Shown piece by piece: positions 27,841 to 37,723 of a stretch of 64,000 nt of DNA. The notes below the pieces were generated by a model, which made no database searches, was not told where the DNA came from, and saw only the letters and a list, made by a program, of their open reading frames with translations. Every line of letters begins with the position of its first letter. The stretch's first letter is position 1. The position numbers and the translations under genes were made by a program. The DNA comes from Candidatus Iainarchaeum sp. (GTDB lineage: Archaea; Iainarchaeota; Iainarchaeia; Iainarchaeales; UBA10219), in the NCBI GenBank assembly GCA_018304425.1, contig JAGVWE010000002.1, positions 32,001 to 96,000 on the forward strand, given 5' to 3'.

Positions 27841-28056
27841 ATGGTAGTGGCTTCCATGACCTTAATCGGGCATTTGCCGGGGCCCTCAGAGGAACTGAGG
27901 CAGAAACTCATCGAAGAAGAGCTGCGGTTGCGTTCGAAGCAGCCCCAGCACTGGGCGAAAACCAAGTACCGCAAGTACGCGAAGCCCTCGCCCGCCGAAC
28001 TCGAGCGGCTGGAAAAGGCGAGGAAGCGGAAAAAAAAGCGGAAGAAAAAAAAGTAG
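27841..28056 (+). CDS. Small basic hypothetical protein with Lys/Arg tail
   Basis: Own TATA (TTAATTAAG ~27819). Ends RKRKKKRKKKK. Confidence 0.55.
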   Translation: MVVASMTLIGHLPGPSEELRQKLIEEELRLRSKQPQHWAKTKYRKYAKPSPAELERLEKARKRKKKRKKKK

Positions 28057-28227
28057 TCACCGGTTCCGGTTGAATGATTCCACGGTTTTCACGCGCCGGG
28101 CGGCAGCCGTCTTCAGGTCGCGTTCCAGGGAGGCCCGCAACGACTTGACTTCGCCGGCAATCTTCCGCGAGGCCCGCTCCAACGAGGCCAGTTCGCGGTC
28201 AACGGTGAGTTGCTTTAGTTGTGCCAT
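28057..28227 (-). CDS. Small coiled-coil protein (56 aa) downstream of minD
   Basis: MAQLKQLTVDRELASLERASRKIAGEVKSLRASLERDLKTAARRVKTVESFNRNR. ATG is 10 nt after the minD stop, with GAGG upstream. Confidence 0.55.
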   Translation of the reverse strand: MAQLKQLTVDRELASLERASRKIAGEVKSLRASLERDLKTAAARRVKTVESFNRNR

Positions 28228-28237
28228 CTGGGTGCCC

Positions 28238-29005
28238 TCAATAGTTTTTCAGGAACAGGTTGATTTTGTCGGCCAACGAGAGCCGTTCCACATATTTCTT
28301 GCCCAACAGACGATATGCCAGGCGCTTATAGGCCCGGGCCGCGGGGCTCAGGGGATGGCCGAAAACAACGGGGACGCCTTCCGCGATGCTCGTGGGAACG
28401 GTCGGGTCCTCCGGGATTTTGCCGAGAATCGGCAGGTCGTTGATGGTGGAACTGACTTGCGCGTCCTTCATCTCGGCCTTGAAGTGCCCGGAGCGGTTGA
28501 CGACAATGCCCTTCACGTCCACGCCGAGGTCCCTGGCGATCTGCACCGACTTGGCGGTGTCGGCCACGCTTGGAAGCTCGGGGGTGGTCACGACCACCAT
28601 CATTTCGCCGCCCTTGAAAGTGTTCACGACCTCGTTGCCCAGCCCCGGCGCGCAGTCGAACAGGATGACGTCGAACTTCTTGTTAATCTGCTTCATGACG
28701 TTCCGGTAGGCGTCGGGGTCAAAGCCCTCCAGGGAATCGATGAAGATTCCTGACGGAATGACCTTGAGGCGGTTCGCGTAGAGGAAGACCGCCTGCTCCA
28801 GGGAGGCCTTGCCGCGCACCACGTCGTTCAAGGTCACAGCATCGCTGGGGATGTCCAGGTGGAAGCCCACGTTCGGGGTCGGGATGTCGACGTCCACGAT
28901 GACGACGTCGCGGCCCATCAAGGTGAGCGCCATGCCCAGGTTGATGGTCACGGTCGTCTTGCCCACGCCGCCTTTACCCGAACCGACCAGAATGGAGTTT
29001 GGCAT
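28238..29005 (-). CDS. minD: MinD/ParA family ATPase
   Basis: SGKGGVGKTT, DCAPG, TTPE and IPED motifs. Confidence 0.9.
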   Translation of the reverse strand: MPNSILVGSGKGGVGKTTVTINLGMALTLMGRDVVIVDVDIPTPNVGFHLDIPSDAVTLNDVVRGKASLEQAVFLYANRLKVIPSGIFIDSLEGFDPDAYRNVMKQINKKFDVILFDCAPGLGNEVVNTFKGGEMMVVVTTPELPSVADTAKSVQIARDLGVDVKGIVVNRSGHFKAEMKDAQVSSTINDLPILGKIPEDPTVPTSIAEGVPVVFGHPLSPAARAYKRLAYRLLGKKYVERLSLADKINLFLKNY

Positions 29006-29105
29006 GCATTCGCCTCAAAAACAATCCCATAGTATTCCTTTAAATTAGCTTAAATAAACTATCGCCTGAAGCTCGGCTGCAGCCTTGGACGAGGCCCTGG
29101 AACGG

Positions 29106-30161
29106 CTATGGGTACTCAATTAACTGGCTTCCCAGACCCCTGCTTTTTTCCTTGAAGTAGGCGTGCGTCAACTGGATGCACCGCTCCAAGACCTTCTCGA
29201 TGGTTTTGCCGTCCGGGCTGCCTGCGACCGACAGGTTGCCCGCGACCGACAGGTTGTAGCCGGCTGCCGCGGGGTGGCCGCCGCCATAGCCCCCGAATTC
29301 CTGCGCAATCCCCTTGAAGACGTGCTGGTCCAAGTCAAAGCCGGTTTTCACGACCAAGTGGTTGTTGGCCCTGCCCGACACCATGAGGTGGCCCTTGCTT
29401 TCGCCGCCGGCAAAGGCCACGTCCGCTCCCAGCCGTATCATGGAAGAGGCCGCGCTGGCCTCGAAGGCCCCCACGTCCGTTGAAACCAGGATGCGCTCGT
29501 CTGACTTGTAGATGCGGGCCCTACGCGCGGCCTTGAGCACCGCGATTTTCTCGCTGACGTCCGCCTTGACCTTGAAGAGGGAAACGATTTCTGGCAGGGT
29601 CTTGCCGGACTTTTCGAGGACGCGGGACATGATGGTGAAGGTCTCGGGGCTCGCCACGGTGAAGCCCGCCGAGTCCACGATGATGCCTGCCGCGAGGAGG
29701 ACGGCCACTTCCGCATTCAGGTGCTTGTGTTTCCTGGACAGCAGCCGGTACACGAGCTCGCAGGTGCTCACGCAGGCCGGGTCGATGACGCGGAGGGCCT
29801 TGACCGAAATCCGTTCCCTGCCATCCGAGTGGTGGTCGATGACGAGGATGGGCTTTTTGAAGGCTTTTAAGGCCGGCGCCATCCCGCCCAGCATGTCAAA
29901 GGAATTGAAGTCCACGGCAATGGCGCGGTCGAATTCGTCCAGGTTCTCCGGCGAGAGAATGAATGGGATGCCCAGGTTCCTCGCAAGCGCCTTTGCGGAG
30001 AGGTTGATGTGCTCGGGCACGCCAATGGTCAAATCGGCGTGGAAACGGAAGGCAAAATAGAGCGCGGCCGCCGAGCAAAAAGAGTCGACGTCGGCGCCGG
30101 CATGCGTGAGAAGCAGGACTTTTTTTCCGCCGAGCGTGGAAAGGAACGCGGATGGATTCAA
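29106..30161 (-). CDS. DHH family phosphoesterase
   Basis: TH..AD.D, IDHH and GGGHPAAAG motifs. Confidence 0.9.
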   Translation of the reverse strand: MNPSAFLSTLGGKKVLLLTHAGADVDSFCSAAALYFAFRFHADLTIGVPEHINLSAKALARNLGIPFILSPENLDEFDRAIAVDFNSFDMLGGMAPALKAFKKPILVIDHHSDGRERISVKALRVIDPACVSTCELVYRLLSRKHKHLNAEVAVLLAAGIIVDSAGFTVASPETFTIMSRVLEKSGKTLPEIVSLFKVKADVSEKIAVLKAARRARIYKSDERILVSTDVGAFEASAASSMIRLGADVAFAGGESKGHLMVSGRANNHLVVKTGFDLDQHVFKGIAQEFGGYGGGHPAAAGYNLSVAGNLSVAGSPDGKTIEKVLERCIQLTHAYFKEKSRGLGSQLIEYP

Positions 30162-30536
30162 TTACATCCCTTCCGCTTTTTTCTCCCTGCCTGTCTCGCC
30201 GGCACCCGTTGCACCCGATCTCTCGATGAGCGACTTGAGTTTGGTCAGCTTGTCAACCAAAGCCGCTTCCTGTTTCTGCAGGGACTTCACGCGGACCTCG
30301 GCGGACTCCTTTTGTTCCCCGATTTCCTTCTCGACTTTCTTGGCGTCGGAGAGGATGAGGATGTTGCCCACTGCCTTGTAGACCTTTTTTTCCTTCGAGT
30401 TCTTCAACTCGCTGAGCGCCGCGTTCAAGGCGTTCGCCTGCAACTGCAGCTGCTGTTTCTGGTTGGTAATGCCCATGAGCTGGGCCCGGTTCCGCTCGAA
30501 CTCGGTCACGTTCTGCTGGATGTTCTGTTCAGCCAT
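30162..30536 (-). CDS. pfdB: Prefoldin beta subunit
   Basis: VYKAVGNILI hairpin between coiled coils. Superoperon position. Confidence 0.92.
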   Translation of the reverse strand: MAEQNIQQNVTEFERNRAQLMGITNQKQQLQLQANALNAALSELKNSKEKKVYKAVGNILILSDAKKVEKEIGEQKESAEVRVKSLQKQEAALVDKLTKLKSLIERSGATGAGETGREKKAEGM

Positions 30537-30792
30537 CGAAATTTCCTCCTTGCAATGCAATCCTCGAAACCAATTCAATGGATTTAAGGTAAGAGTTGGC
30601 GGACGCCTTTAAAGCCGTCGCATCCCCTGCTGTAACTCTCAATGACAGAATGTTCTTATTAACCTTAACGTCCGTCCGCGACCGCTTCTCATGGCTTGCC
30701 CCAATCTCTGGTTTCAAGGCCTTAAAAGCCGTTTCCGCGAGTTCCCGAGAAGGGAACTCTAAGGCCAGTTCAAGCCGGAATTCATCCTTCAA
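30529..30792 (-). CDS. pcc1: KEOPS complex subunit Pcc1
   Basis: AL.PE, RS, A.D..AL.AS.NSYL pattern and synteny. Confidence 0.85.
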   Translation of the reverse strand: MKDEFRLELALEFPSRELAETAFKALKPEIGASHEKRSRTDVKVNKNILSLRVTAGDATALKASANSYLKSIELVSRIALQGGNFDG

Positions 30793-31264
30793 ACGAGACA
30801 CGCTCCACGCAAAACGAGGGCCCCAGTTCGGCTTCGCCCCTCCGAAACGAGACCGTCTTCCCCTTTTCCGTCCAAGCGAATTCGGCCTCGCTGCAAACGA
30901 GTTCAGGGTCAAGCAGCCGGCCAAGCAGGTCAGCGGCCTTCTTCCCGCGCACGTCCATGCTCACTTCCCCGACCACGAGCTTCTTCCACGACGCCTCCTT
31001 CACCACCGAGACCTCGGCTGAAAACGACTCCAGCCAGCCGCCCTCGGAGACCGCGATGCCGCGCCACTCGAACCGGTTTCCCTCCAGCGGCGAAACGATG
31101 ACTAGGACTTCAAGCCCCTGGTACCGCGCAAAGGAAACCAGCCAGTCAACGGATTTCCCCGCCCGCGACACAAAGAGCGAGCCGGGGAAAACGGCGGCAA
31201 GGGCTTTTGCCAGCCGCCTTGCCTTCCCCGAAGACTGCTTCGAACAGGAAAACAAGGCAGGCAT
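30782..31264 (-). CDS. Archaeal Brix-domain (Imp4-like) protein
   Basis: S...RRLAKAL and RAGKS motifs, between rpoP and pcc1. Confidence 0.7.
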   Translation of the reverse strand: MPALFSCSKQSSGKARRLAKALAAVFPGSLFVSRAGKSVDWLVSFARYQGLEVLVIVSPLEGNRFEWRGIAVSEGGWLESFSAEVSVVKEASWKKLVVGEVSMDVRGKKAADLLGRLLDPELVCSEAEFAWTEKGKTVSFRRGEAELGPSFCVERVSFEG

Positions 31265-31280
31265 GCTCGCGCTCCCCACG

Positions 31281-31412
31281 CTACCTCGCCTTGACTTCCT
31301 TGGTTAACGGGTCGCGCACCCTGAACAAGACCTTGTGGGCGCAGACCGGGCACCGGATGACTCCCTTGGGGAGCTCCGGAAACGTTTCCCCGCATTTGCC
31401 GCATTTGTACAT
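31281..31412 (-). CDS. rpoP: DNA-directed RNA polymerase subunit P (Rpo12)
   Basis: MYKCGKCG...IRCPVCAHKVLFRVR....KEVKAR. Too short for the ORF track. Confidence 0.93.
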   Translation of the reverse strand: MYKCGKCGETFPELPKGVIRCPVCAHKVLFRVRDPLTKEVKAR

Positions 31413-31429
31413 GTTTTCAACCTCGCTGT

Positions 31430-31936
31430 TCACTTGCCTTCAGGCGCCTCGGCCCCTTCGGGTGCCTCGGCTTTGTCCCCGGCCTGGGCTTCGGCCTGGG
31501 TCTCGGCTTCTGCCCCGGCCTTCTTCTTCCGGGCTCGCTTGGGTTTCGCGGGCGCGGCTGCCTCGGCGGCCTTGCCGGTTTCCTTTTCCTGTTCGAGTTC
31601 TTCCAGGATTTCCCGGGCCATACCCGTTCCCTTGGTCTCCTCGGTGGCTGCCGTCAGCGCGGAAACCATGGGCATGAAGCTCTTCTGGGAAACCATCTTG
31701 CGGATGATTTTTCCCGCCTGGGTCTCCGGAAGGTAGGTGCCGCCCGAAAACTTCAACTCGCATTTCCTGCAAAAAAAGATGCCCCGCTGCAGGCGCTTGA
31801 CCTTGGCATACCCGCAGTTCGGGCAGGCGTGCTTCTTTTTCTGCTCGGCTTCCACTTTCAGCAACCGCTTCCGGATGCCTATCCCGTACCTTGCACCGTA
31901 CCGGCCGGCACTCAAAACCTTCTGCGTCGAACCCAT
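31430..31936 (-). CDS. rpl37ae: 50S ribosomal protein L37Ae (eL43) with long C-terminal extension
   Basis: GRYGARYG..IRK, CPNC, GIF.CRKC and F.GG.Y motifs. Confidence 0.95.
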   Translation of the reverse strand: MGSTQKVLSAGRYGARYGIGIRKRLLKVEAEQKKKHACPNCGYAKVKRLQRGIFFCRKCELKFSGGTYLPETQAGKIIRKMVSQKSFMPMVSALTAATEETKGTGMAREILEELEQEKETGKAAEAAAPAKPKRARKKKAGAEAETQAEAQAGDKAEAPEGAEAPEGK

Positions 31937-31946
31937 GCATTCTCAC

Positions 31947-32735
31947 CTATTCACAGTACTGCTTCCGCAACTCCTTGCCCTTCTTGAAGGCAAGCGCCAC
32001 GCACTTGTTGATTTCCTCCGGCGAAAACGCGCCCTCGCCTCCCTTCTGGAAAGCCGAGATGAAGTCGTCCTCGGTGGTGGTCACGGAAAACCGCGCGTCC
32101 AACGCCTTTTCCTCGGCCAGGCTGGGGTCCACGACCACGCTGTTCCCCACCTTGACGAATGTGCACATGACCGGCTTGCGCGCCAGCTTGAGCTTGCCCG
32201 CGAACTCTCCCTTCACCGGCTTGTCCTTGTCGTCCAGCTTCGGGATTTTCGTGTCCTGCAAGGCAATCAACGCGGCCAAGGCACAGGCGTCGAAGAGGTT
32301 GCCGTCGAAGTTCAAGACATAGATGTCGATGAACACGACCCAAACCAGCTCGCCCTCGCGGATGCAGAGGCTCTTGAAATCCAGGCAATTGGACTCGCGG
32401 ATGCCGCGGTCCACGACCCTGGAAAGCTCGATGGAGCCCTCCCGGGGCGGCCCGGCCTCGAAAGTCGGGTCAGCCAACGCCAAGAGCTCCGCACCCACGC
32501 TGATGGTGCCCGCGTCCGGCGTGTCCGGGAACGGTTCCCCGGGAATCATCTTGATGCCGGCGACGACATCCGTCTGGCCGAGCTTGATGCGGCAAATCCC
32601 GTCCGCGTTCTCGCTCACGTTCTTGATGACCTGCACAGGCCGGTATTCATCGAACTTCCGGCCATCGCTTCGCTTGCCCTCCCGGAGGGTGGCAAGCACC
32701 TTGTCCGCACTCAAATTCCACAAAATCTGGCTCAT
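31947..32735 (-). CDS. rrp42: Exosome subunit Rrp42
   Basis: R.DGR..DEYR, PFPDTP, ELSRVVDRGIRES and DGNLFDA motifs. Confidence 0.97.
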   Translation of the reverse strand: MSQILWNLSADKVLATLREGKRSDGRKFDEYRPVQVIKNVSENADGICRIKLGQTDVVAGIKMIPGEPFPDTPDAGTISVGAELLALADPTFEAGPPREGSIELSRVVDRGIRESNCLDFKSLCIREGELVWVVFIDIYVLNFDGNLFDACALAALIALQDTKIPKLDDKDKPVKGEFAGKLKLARKPVMCTFVKVGNSVVVDPSLAEEKALDARFSVTTTEDDFISAFQKGGEGAFSPEEINKCVALAFKKGKELRKQYCE

Positions 32736-33526
32736 TCCACAACACCTTCTTCCGCCGCCCGGGCACCGGCTTCCATGTCGCCGCTATTGCCTTCCACGGC
32801 ATACTTTTTCTTCAACGCTTCCTTCTGCAACTCGTACACTTTTTTCACGTGCTGGAACGCGAGTTTCTGGGATTCCTCCCACTCCTTCTGCGTCATCAAG
32901 CCATCCAACTGCAGCAAGACCACCTCGCCGAGGTTGGGCAGGATGGCCATGGGGATGTCCACCGCGTCCGGGGCGTCCTCTTCGGCCTTGTTGAGGTCCA
33001 CCAGCAGATGGCCTCCCGCCTTGCCGACGCCGATGCCCGCGACCAAGTCCCTCATCGGGATGCCCGCGTCCGCCAGCGCCACGGATGCAGCCGTCAAGGC
33101 CGCGACCCGCGTGCCCGCGTTGCTGTCCAGGATTTCCACGTCCACGTCGATGGCCGTGTTCGGAAACCGCTCCAGGAAAATCGCACGCGCCAAAGCCTCT
33201 CCCGAGACCTTCGAAATCTCGATCTCGCGGCGGCCCGGCTTCGGGTTCTTCCGGTCAGGCACCGAAAAGGCAGCCATCCTGTAGGTGTAGCGCACGATGG
33301 CCTTATAGGGGTTAGCCAGGTGCTTGGGCAGGCACTCCCTTGGCCCGTAAACGCTGGCCAAGACCTTGTTCTGCCCCCACTCCACGTACGCGGAACCGTC
33401 CGCACGCGGGATGACTCCCACTTCGACCTTTATCTTCCGCAACTCGTCCGCCTTGCGGCCGTCAAGCCGCTTGCCTGACTTGTCCACATAGGTCACTGTT
33501 TCTTCGCTTCCAGTTTTTTTCGCCAT
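32732..33526 (-). CDS. rrp41: Exosome subunit Rrp41
   Basis: RLDGR..DELR, ADGSAY, RREIEISKV and AGTR motifs. Confidence 0.97.
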   Translation of the reverse strand: MAKKTGSEETVTYVDKSGKRLDGRKADELRKIKVEVGVIPRADGSAYVEWGQNKVLASVYGPRECLPKHLANPYKAIVRYTYRMAAFSVPDRKNPKPGRREIEISKVSGEALARAIFLERFPNTAIDVDVEILDSNAGTRVAALTAASVALADAGIPMRDLVAGIGVGKAGGHLLVDLNKAEEDAPDAVDIPMAILPNLGEVVLLQLDGLMTQKEWEESQKLAFQHVKKVYELQKEALKKKYAVEGNSGDMEAGARAAEEGVVE

Positions 33527-33551
33527 AAACCATTCACATCCTTTTCAAGCA

Positions 33552-34217
33552 TCACGCGTACTTCGCGGCCTCGGCCTTCCTGCCCTCTTCGCGCAGGAAA
33601 GAAGTCACGCGGTCCGTCAGGTTATCCAAATGGGCTTCGCGTTCAATGATTTCAACGGCCTTGATGGCCAGGCCCACGTTCGAGCCCTTCAACCAGATCC
33701 GGCCGTTCCTGCCCACGAGCATCGAGCAACCCGTGCCCCGCTTCAACACTTCCAGCATCGAGCCGTTCCGGCCGATGACGCGCGGGATCTTCACCGGGCT
33801 CACCGAAATGAGGTCGCCCCCGTAAAACACGCGGGACTGCTCGAGTTCGAGCTCGTTCATTTCGTTGACGTGCGCCACCTTCGCCGAGACGATGGTGCCC
33901 GGTTTCAGGTTCTCCGGCAGCTCCTTCTTGGAGACGAAGGCCGGGTAAAAGTGGTTGACGTCCGTGGTATAGCCCGCGAACTTCTCCGAAATCAACACCC
34001 CGACAACCAGGTCCCCCGCCTGCGCGACGTACTTGCCTTCCAGGGGAACCACGCTTGCCGAGTCGCCGTCGATGCGGGCCATGCCCAGGCAATCCGAGTA
34101 AATCCTTCCCTGGTGGAGGTATACGTGCTGTCCGAGCTTCTTCCTCTCCTCGGTCACGACTTCCCCGGGGACCACGACTATTTTCGCATTGTTTTCATTC
34201 AATCCAATCACTTCCAC
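33552..34217 (-). CDS. rrp4: Exosome RNA-binding protein Rrp4
   Basis: VVPGE, PLEGKY....GD.V.G, KIPRVIG..GSM and GRNGRIW (S1+KH). Confidence 0.95.
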   Translation of the reverse strand: MEVIGLNENNAKIVVVPGEVVTEERKKLGQHVYLHQGRIYSDCLGMARIDGDSASVVPLEGKYVAQAGDLVVGVLISEKFAGYTTDVNHFYPAFVSKKELPENLKPGTIVSAKVAHVNEMNELELEQSRVFYGGDLISVSPVKIPRVIGRNGSMLEVLKRGTGCSMLVGRNGRIWLKGSNVGLAIKAVEIIEREAHLDNLTDRVTSFLREEGRKAEAAKYA

Positions 34218-34915
34218 TACTTGGTTTCAACCAGTTTCGATTCGACGCTTCCATGCGTCAAATGATTCAATTCATTGAAGAGGTCCTGCTTCAATCCAGC
34301 GGGAACCTCCACCAATGCAATCAAAGAACCGTCATTCTGCCATTCCTCTTTCTTCAAATCATACTTGTGGAGCACGGCCGTGGCCTTCCCCGCGTACAGG
34401 GCGGGAACCCTGACCGCGACCCGCAACTGTTCCATGGAAATCGGGATGAGCCTCCGGATTTCCTTGAGGATGCCCGGAACCTGTTCCTGGGAGGACTTGT
34501 TCAAGTCCACCTGGATCCTGGCCTCCTCCATGGCCAACGCGATGCGCTGCGGGGGATGCGGGGCCTGCGTCTGCGGGTTCACCGCGTTCCGGGCGATGAA
34601 CTGGATGACTTCCGCCTTCCGCTTTTCCAGCATTTCCCTGCGTTGCTGCGTCGTTAACTGTACTTCTCCCTCCCGGACAATGCGCTCCACGACCGTTTTG
34701 AGGTCGCTGGTGCCGAAGACCGCCTTGATGCGTTCCTCGCTTTTCACGTCCCCCTTGTGGGCGTCCTTGAACACCGAGTCGATGACAAGCAAGTCCTCGA
34801 TGGCGACTTTCCCGCCATGCTTCAATTCCATGGCCAGGTTCGGGTCCACTAACAACTCGAACCGCTCGCCCGCGTGCTCATACCTTGCGATTACCGCGTC
34901 TTCCAATTTAACCAT
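34217..34915 (-). CDS. Ribosome maturation factor SBDS/Sdo1
   Basis: GERFE.LVDP, GEVQLT..QR, PHPPQRI and EEW..DGS motifs. Confidence 0.96.
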   Translation of the reverse strand: MVKLEDAVIARYEHAGERFELLVDPNLAMELKHGGKVAIEDLLVIDSVFKDAHKGDVKSEERIKAVFGTSDLKTVVERIVREGEVQLTTQQRREMLEKRKAEVIQFIARNAVNPQTQAPHPPQRIALAMEEARIQVDLNKSSQEQVPGILKEIRRLIPISMEQLRVAVRVPALYAGKATAVLHKYDLKKEEWQNDGSLIALVEVPAGLKQDLFNELNHLTHGSVESKLVETK

Positions 34916-34945
34916 GCAAATGCCTTGGGCTCGAACCCAATCAAT

Positions 34946-35674
34946 TCACTTTGCCGAAGTCCCCAAATAAGACTTGAGCTTGTCATTGGGTATCCGCGTG
35001 AACACCCGCTTCGAGTCAATGAAAGCGAACTCGACGCGTTTCAGGTCGAGCTTCTCCTTCTCGCCGAGGCTGCCCTCGATGGCCTTCAACAACAACTTCA
35101 TGCCGTCCTCCAAGGAAATGTCTTCCTTGTACTCCTTTTCCAGGATTTCCATGGCCTTGGCCTTGCCCTTCCCGATGGCAATGGCCTGGTACTCGGCCAG
35201 GGCACCGGATGGCTCGGTCTCGAACAACCGCTTGCCCGAATTGTCCACGCCCCCCACGATGAACGAGATGCCAAAGGGCCGCATGCCCCCGTACTGGGTG
35301 AACAACTGCATGATGTTGGAAATGTCTTTCACCAGGGTCTCGAGCTGAATGGATTCCTCGTAGTACATCTGGTTTTCCTGGGCCTTTCCCCGGGCAATGC
35401 CCACCAGCCTCCGCGCGTCCCCCACGAGGCCCGCGGAAACCACGGCAATGTGCTTGTCCACGACGAACATCTTCTCAATGCTGTCCGGGAGGAGCAGCCT
35501 GCTGGGCACCTTCTTCTCGGCCCCGAACAAGACGCCGTCCTTGTACTTCAAGGCCACGCCAATGGTGCCCTGGCTCACGATCTTGGACGCGTACTCCACC
35601 TGGTAGAGCCTACCGTCCGGACTGAACATCGTGGCCACGCGGTCATACTGACTGGACTGTGAAACCGGATACAA
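34946..35674 (-). CDS. psmA: Proteasome alpha subunit
   Basis: YDR..T.FSPDGRLYQVEYA, SAGLVGDAR and RPFG motifs. TTG start inferred. Confidence 0.97.
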   Translation of the reverse strand: MYPVSQSSQYDRVATMFSPDGRLYQVEYASKIVSQGTIGVALKYKDGVLFGAEKKVPSRLLLPDSIEKMFVVDKHIAVVSAGLVGDARRLVGIARGKAQENQMYYEESIQLETLVKDISNIMQLFTQYGGMRPFGISFIVGGVDNSGKRLFETEPSGALAEYQAIAIGKGKAKAMEILEKEYKEDISLEDGMKLLLKAIEGSLGEKEKLDLKRVEFAFIDSKRVFTRIPNDKLKSYLGTSAK

Positions 35675-35798
35675 GCAAAAACACCTCTCAAAAAGGCTCC
35701 CAATTACCCTTAAACTATCTATTATAACTGTGATAGGTTTTAAATGGTTTCCATGGCCTGCGCCAAGAGAATGGCGCAATCAAGGCAATGGACGGCTT

Positions 35799-36209
35799 TT
35801 AACACGCGTTGACGCTGGGCTCGCAGTAGGCGTCCTGGCAGGCAAACAACTGGCACGATGTGTTGAGGCTCGCGCAGTCCCTGTCCGCGGAACAGGACTT
35901 CCGGTAACCGGTTGCCAGGCCAGCGGCCGGCAAGCCAAAGCCCTCCCCCAAGGGGTTGTCCGACAAGATGTAGGGGCTGTTCTCGTTCATGGGCCCCAGG
36001 GGAACCCGTTGCTGCACGTCACCCGATGGAACCGGGCTTGGCCCTGGCCCCTGCACCTGCTGGGGCGCCTGCGGCGGCTGGGCTTGGGGGGACGCCGGCA
36101 CCGGCTTGCCCCCCACAGGGGGCTTGGGGGCATCCTGTTGGAGTTGCACGCAACCTGCCAAGGACGCCAAGACCAGCAACGAAACCACGAGGAAACCAGT
36201 CACGCGCAT
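35799..36209 (-). CDS. Pro/Gln-rich lipoprotein with C-terminal Cys knot
   Basis: LAGC lipobox and CSADRDC......C....C....C.....C tail. Confidence 0.75.
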   Translation of the reverse strand: MRVTGFLVVSLLVLASLAGCVQLQQDAPKPPVGGKPVPASPQAQPPQAPQQVQGPGPSPVPSGDVQQRVPLGPMNENSPYILSDNPLGEGFGLPAAGLATGYRKSCSADRDCASLNTSCQLFACQDAYCEPSVNAC

Positions 36210-36294
36210 GCATAGAATAGGGGCCGAGGAGTTATTTAAGGGTTTGGGAATGGCACGGAAAAGGTTAATTAAGGTGGGCGGCAACAATTCTGGT

Positions 36295-37005
36295 ATGGCC
36301 TACACGCACCTCGACCGCGCCGTCAAGCGCGTGCGACGGGGAAAGAACCCGGCCACGCCGCGGCTGGCGCGAAGAGCCGTGTTTGCCTTGGGCAAGCGGG
36401 GCCGCCAGGCCGAAGCCAAGTGGCACCGGCGCGTGGCCTGGTACGCGGACCAATCCATTCAAAGACTGCAGAGCGCCCGAGCGGACATTATCGCTGGCAG
36501 GTATTTACCGAGACTGTTGTCGACCGTCTTGTCTCCCCGCCACCACCGCAAGCCGCATGCCAAGCAGTTCGTGGCGCGCATGGCCGGCACGGTGGCAGCC
36601 TCAACCGGCAGCGTGGCAGGCGGCTATGCCACGGGCTCGGTCTGGGGTTTGCTGGCGGGAATTGGGGTCGGCTTCGCCTTGGGAGCGACCGGCATCCGGC
36701 GTGCAACCAACCGCAGGCTGCCCCGGGACGCTCGACTGGTGCAGGCAGTCGATGAATTCCTGCTGGAAGGAGGCTTCTGGTGCCATGGCAGGGGAGACAC
36801 GTGGGTCAACGCCAGCAAAAACGGGGAATACTCCGTGGAATCAACGGGCAAACGATTTGTAAGCGAAGTCAAGGCAAGCAACCGACAGCGGGTGGAGGAA
36901 TTGCTGGCCCTGCTCAGAAAAGTCCGAAAAGCCCATTACGACGCGATGCTCGGCGCCGAAGCAAGGCTGGCCGAAAAAAACCCGGAAGTCCCTGACGGCA
37001 CGTAG
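36295..37005 (+). CDS. Arg-rich hypothetical protein with glycine-zipper TM hairpin
   Basis: TATA TTAATTAAG ~27 nt upstream. G-x3-G hydrophobic pair. Confidence 0.65.
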   Translation: MAYTHLDRAVKRVRRGKNPATPRLARRAVFALGKRGRQAEAKWHRRVAWYADQSIQRLQSARADIIAGRYLPRLLSTVLSPRHHRKPHAKQFVARMAGTVAASTGSVAGGYATGSVWGLLAGIGVGFALGATGIRRATNRRLPRDARLVQAVDEFLLEGGFWCHGRGDTWVNASKNGEYSVESTGKRFVSEVKASNRQRVEELLALLRKVRKAHYDAMLGAEARLAEKNPEVPDGT

Positions 37006-37072
37006 TCAGGGCTTGACTTCCTGGTTCTCCAAAACCCAATAATTAAATACAACAAATGCACAAGGCATATTC

Positions 37073-37723
37073 ATGGGAGCCCTCAGACGCGCAATCGAAA
37101 GGGTGGAGAAAAAGAAGCCCATCCAAGGGCGGCCCAAATTCGACAAGGCCACGCGGTTCCGCATCTGGCGGACGGGAAAGTGGCTCCGCAAGCGGAGGAA
37201 ACTCGCCGAGGACTGCCGCATCGCCTTGCAACTCTTGAAGGAAAACGACGGGAACCTGGCCAGGGGCCAGCGCAGGCGGAAGGAAGGCAAACCCACGCTC
37301 AAGAAAAGGGTTCTATCCGAACGCCTCGGGTGGGCCGCCCTCGGCACAGTGGTCGGCGGTTTTGTCGGCGTGCTAACCAGCACGGTAGCAATGGGCAATG
37401 CGGTTATTCCCTATAACTCTGCGCCTTCCTGGGGCATTGCAGGCGGGATGGCGGCCGCGGGCGCGGCGGCCTCCCCATTGTTCAGGCCCCGAGAAACCAA
37501 GGTGATGGTCGACCTGCACAATCTCTTGAGGAGCAAACGCTTGAATGTTACGACGTACGGAGAACGGCTGCCGGCGGACCAGGTAGAAGCTAACAGGCGG
37601 GTAATCAGTGAAGTAAGAAGGAAAATCGAGGCCCTGCAGCAACTGAATGCCCACGAAATCGAGACCCTGGACAACTACCTGAGCACGGCACGCACAACCG
37701 GGCGGATTGGAGTCAAGGCTTGA
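37073..37723 (+). CDS. Arg/Lys-rich hypothetical protein with glycine-zipper TM hairpin
   Basis: TATA AATTAAATA upstream. GTVVGGFVG and GIAGGMAAAG helices. Confidence 0.7.
   Translation: MGALRRAIERVEKKKPIQGRPKFDKATRFRIWRTGKWLRKRRKLAEDCRIALQLLKENDGNLARGQRRRKEGKPTLKKRVLSERLGWAALGTVVGGFVGVLTSTVAMGNAVIPYNSAPSWGIAGGMAAAGAAASPLFRPRETKVMVDLHNLLRSKRLNVTTYGERLPADQVEANRRVISEVRRKIEALQQLNAHEIETLDNYLSTARTTGRIGVKA

Noticed and set aside
29224-29256. 18-bp-period duplication in the DHH gene (NLSVAG x2)
   Set aside because: In-frame local slippage near the C-terminus with no sign of function.
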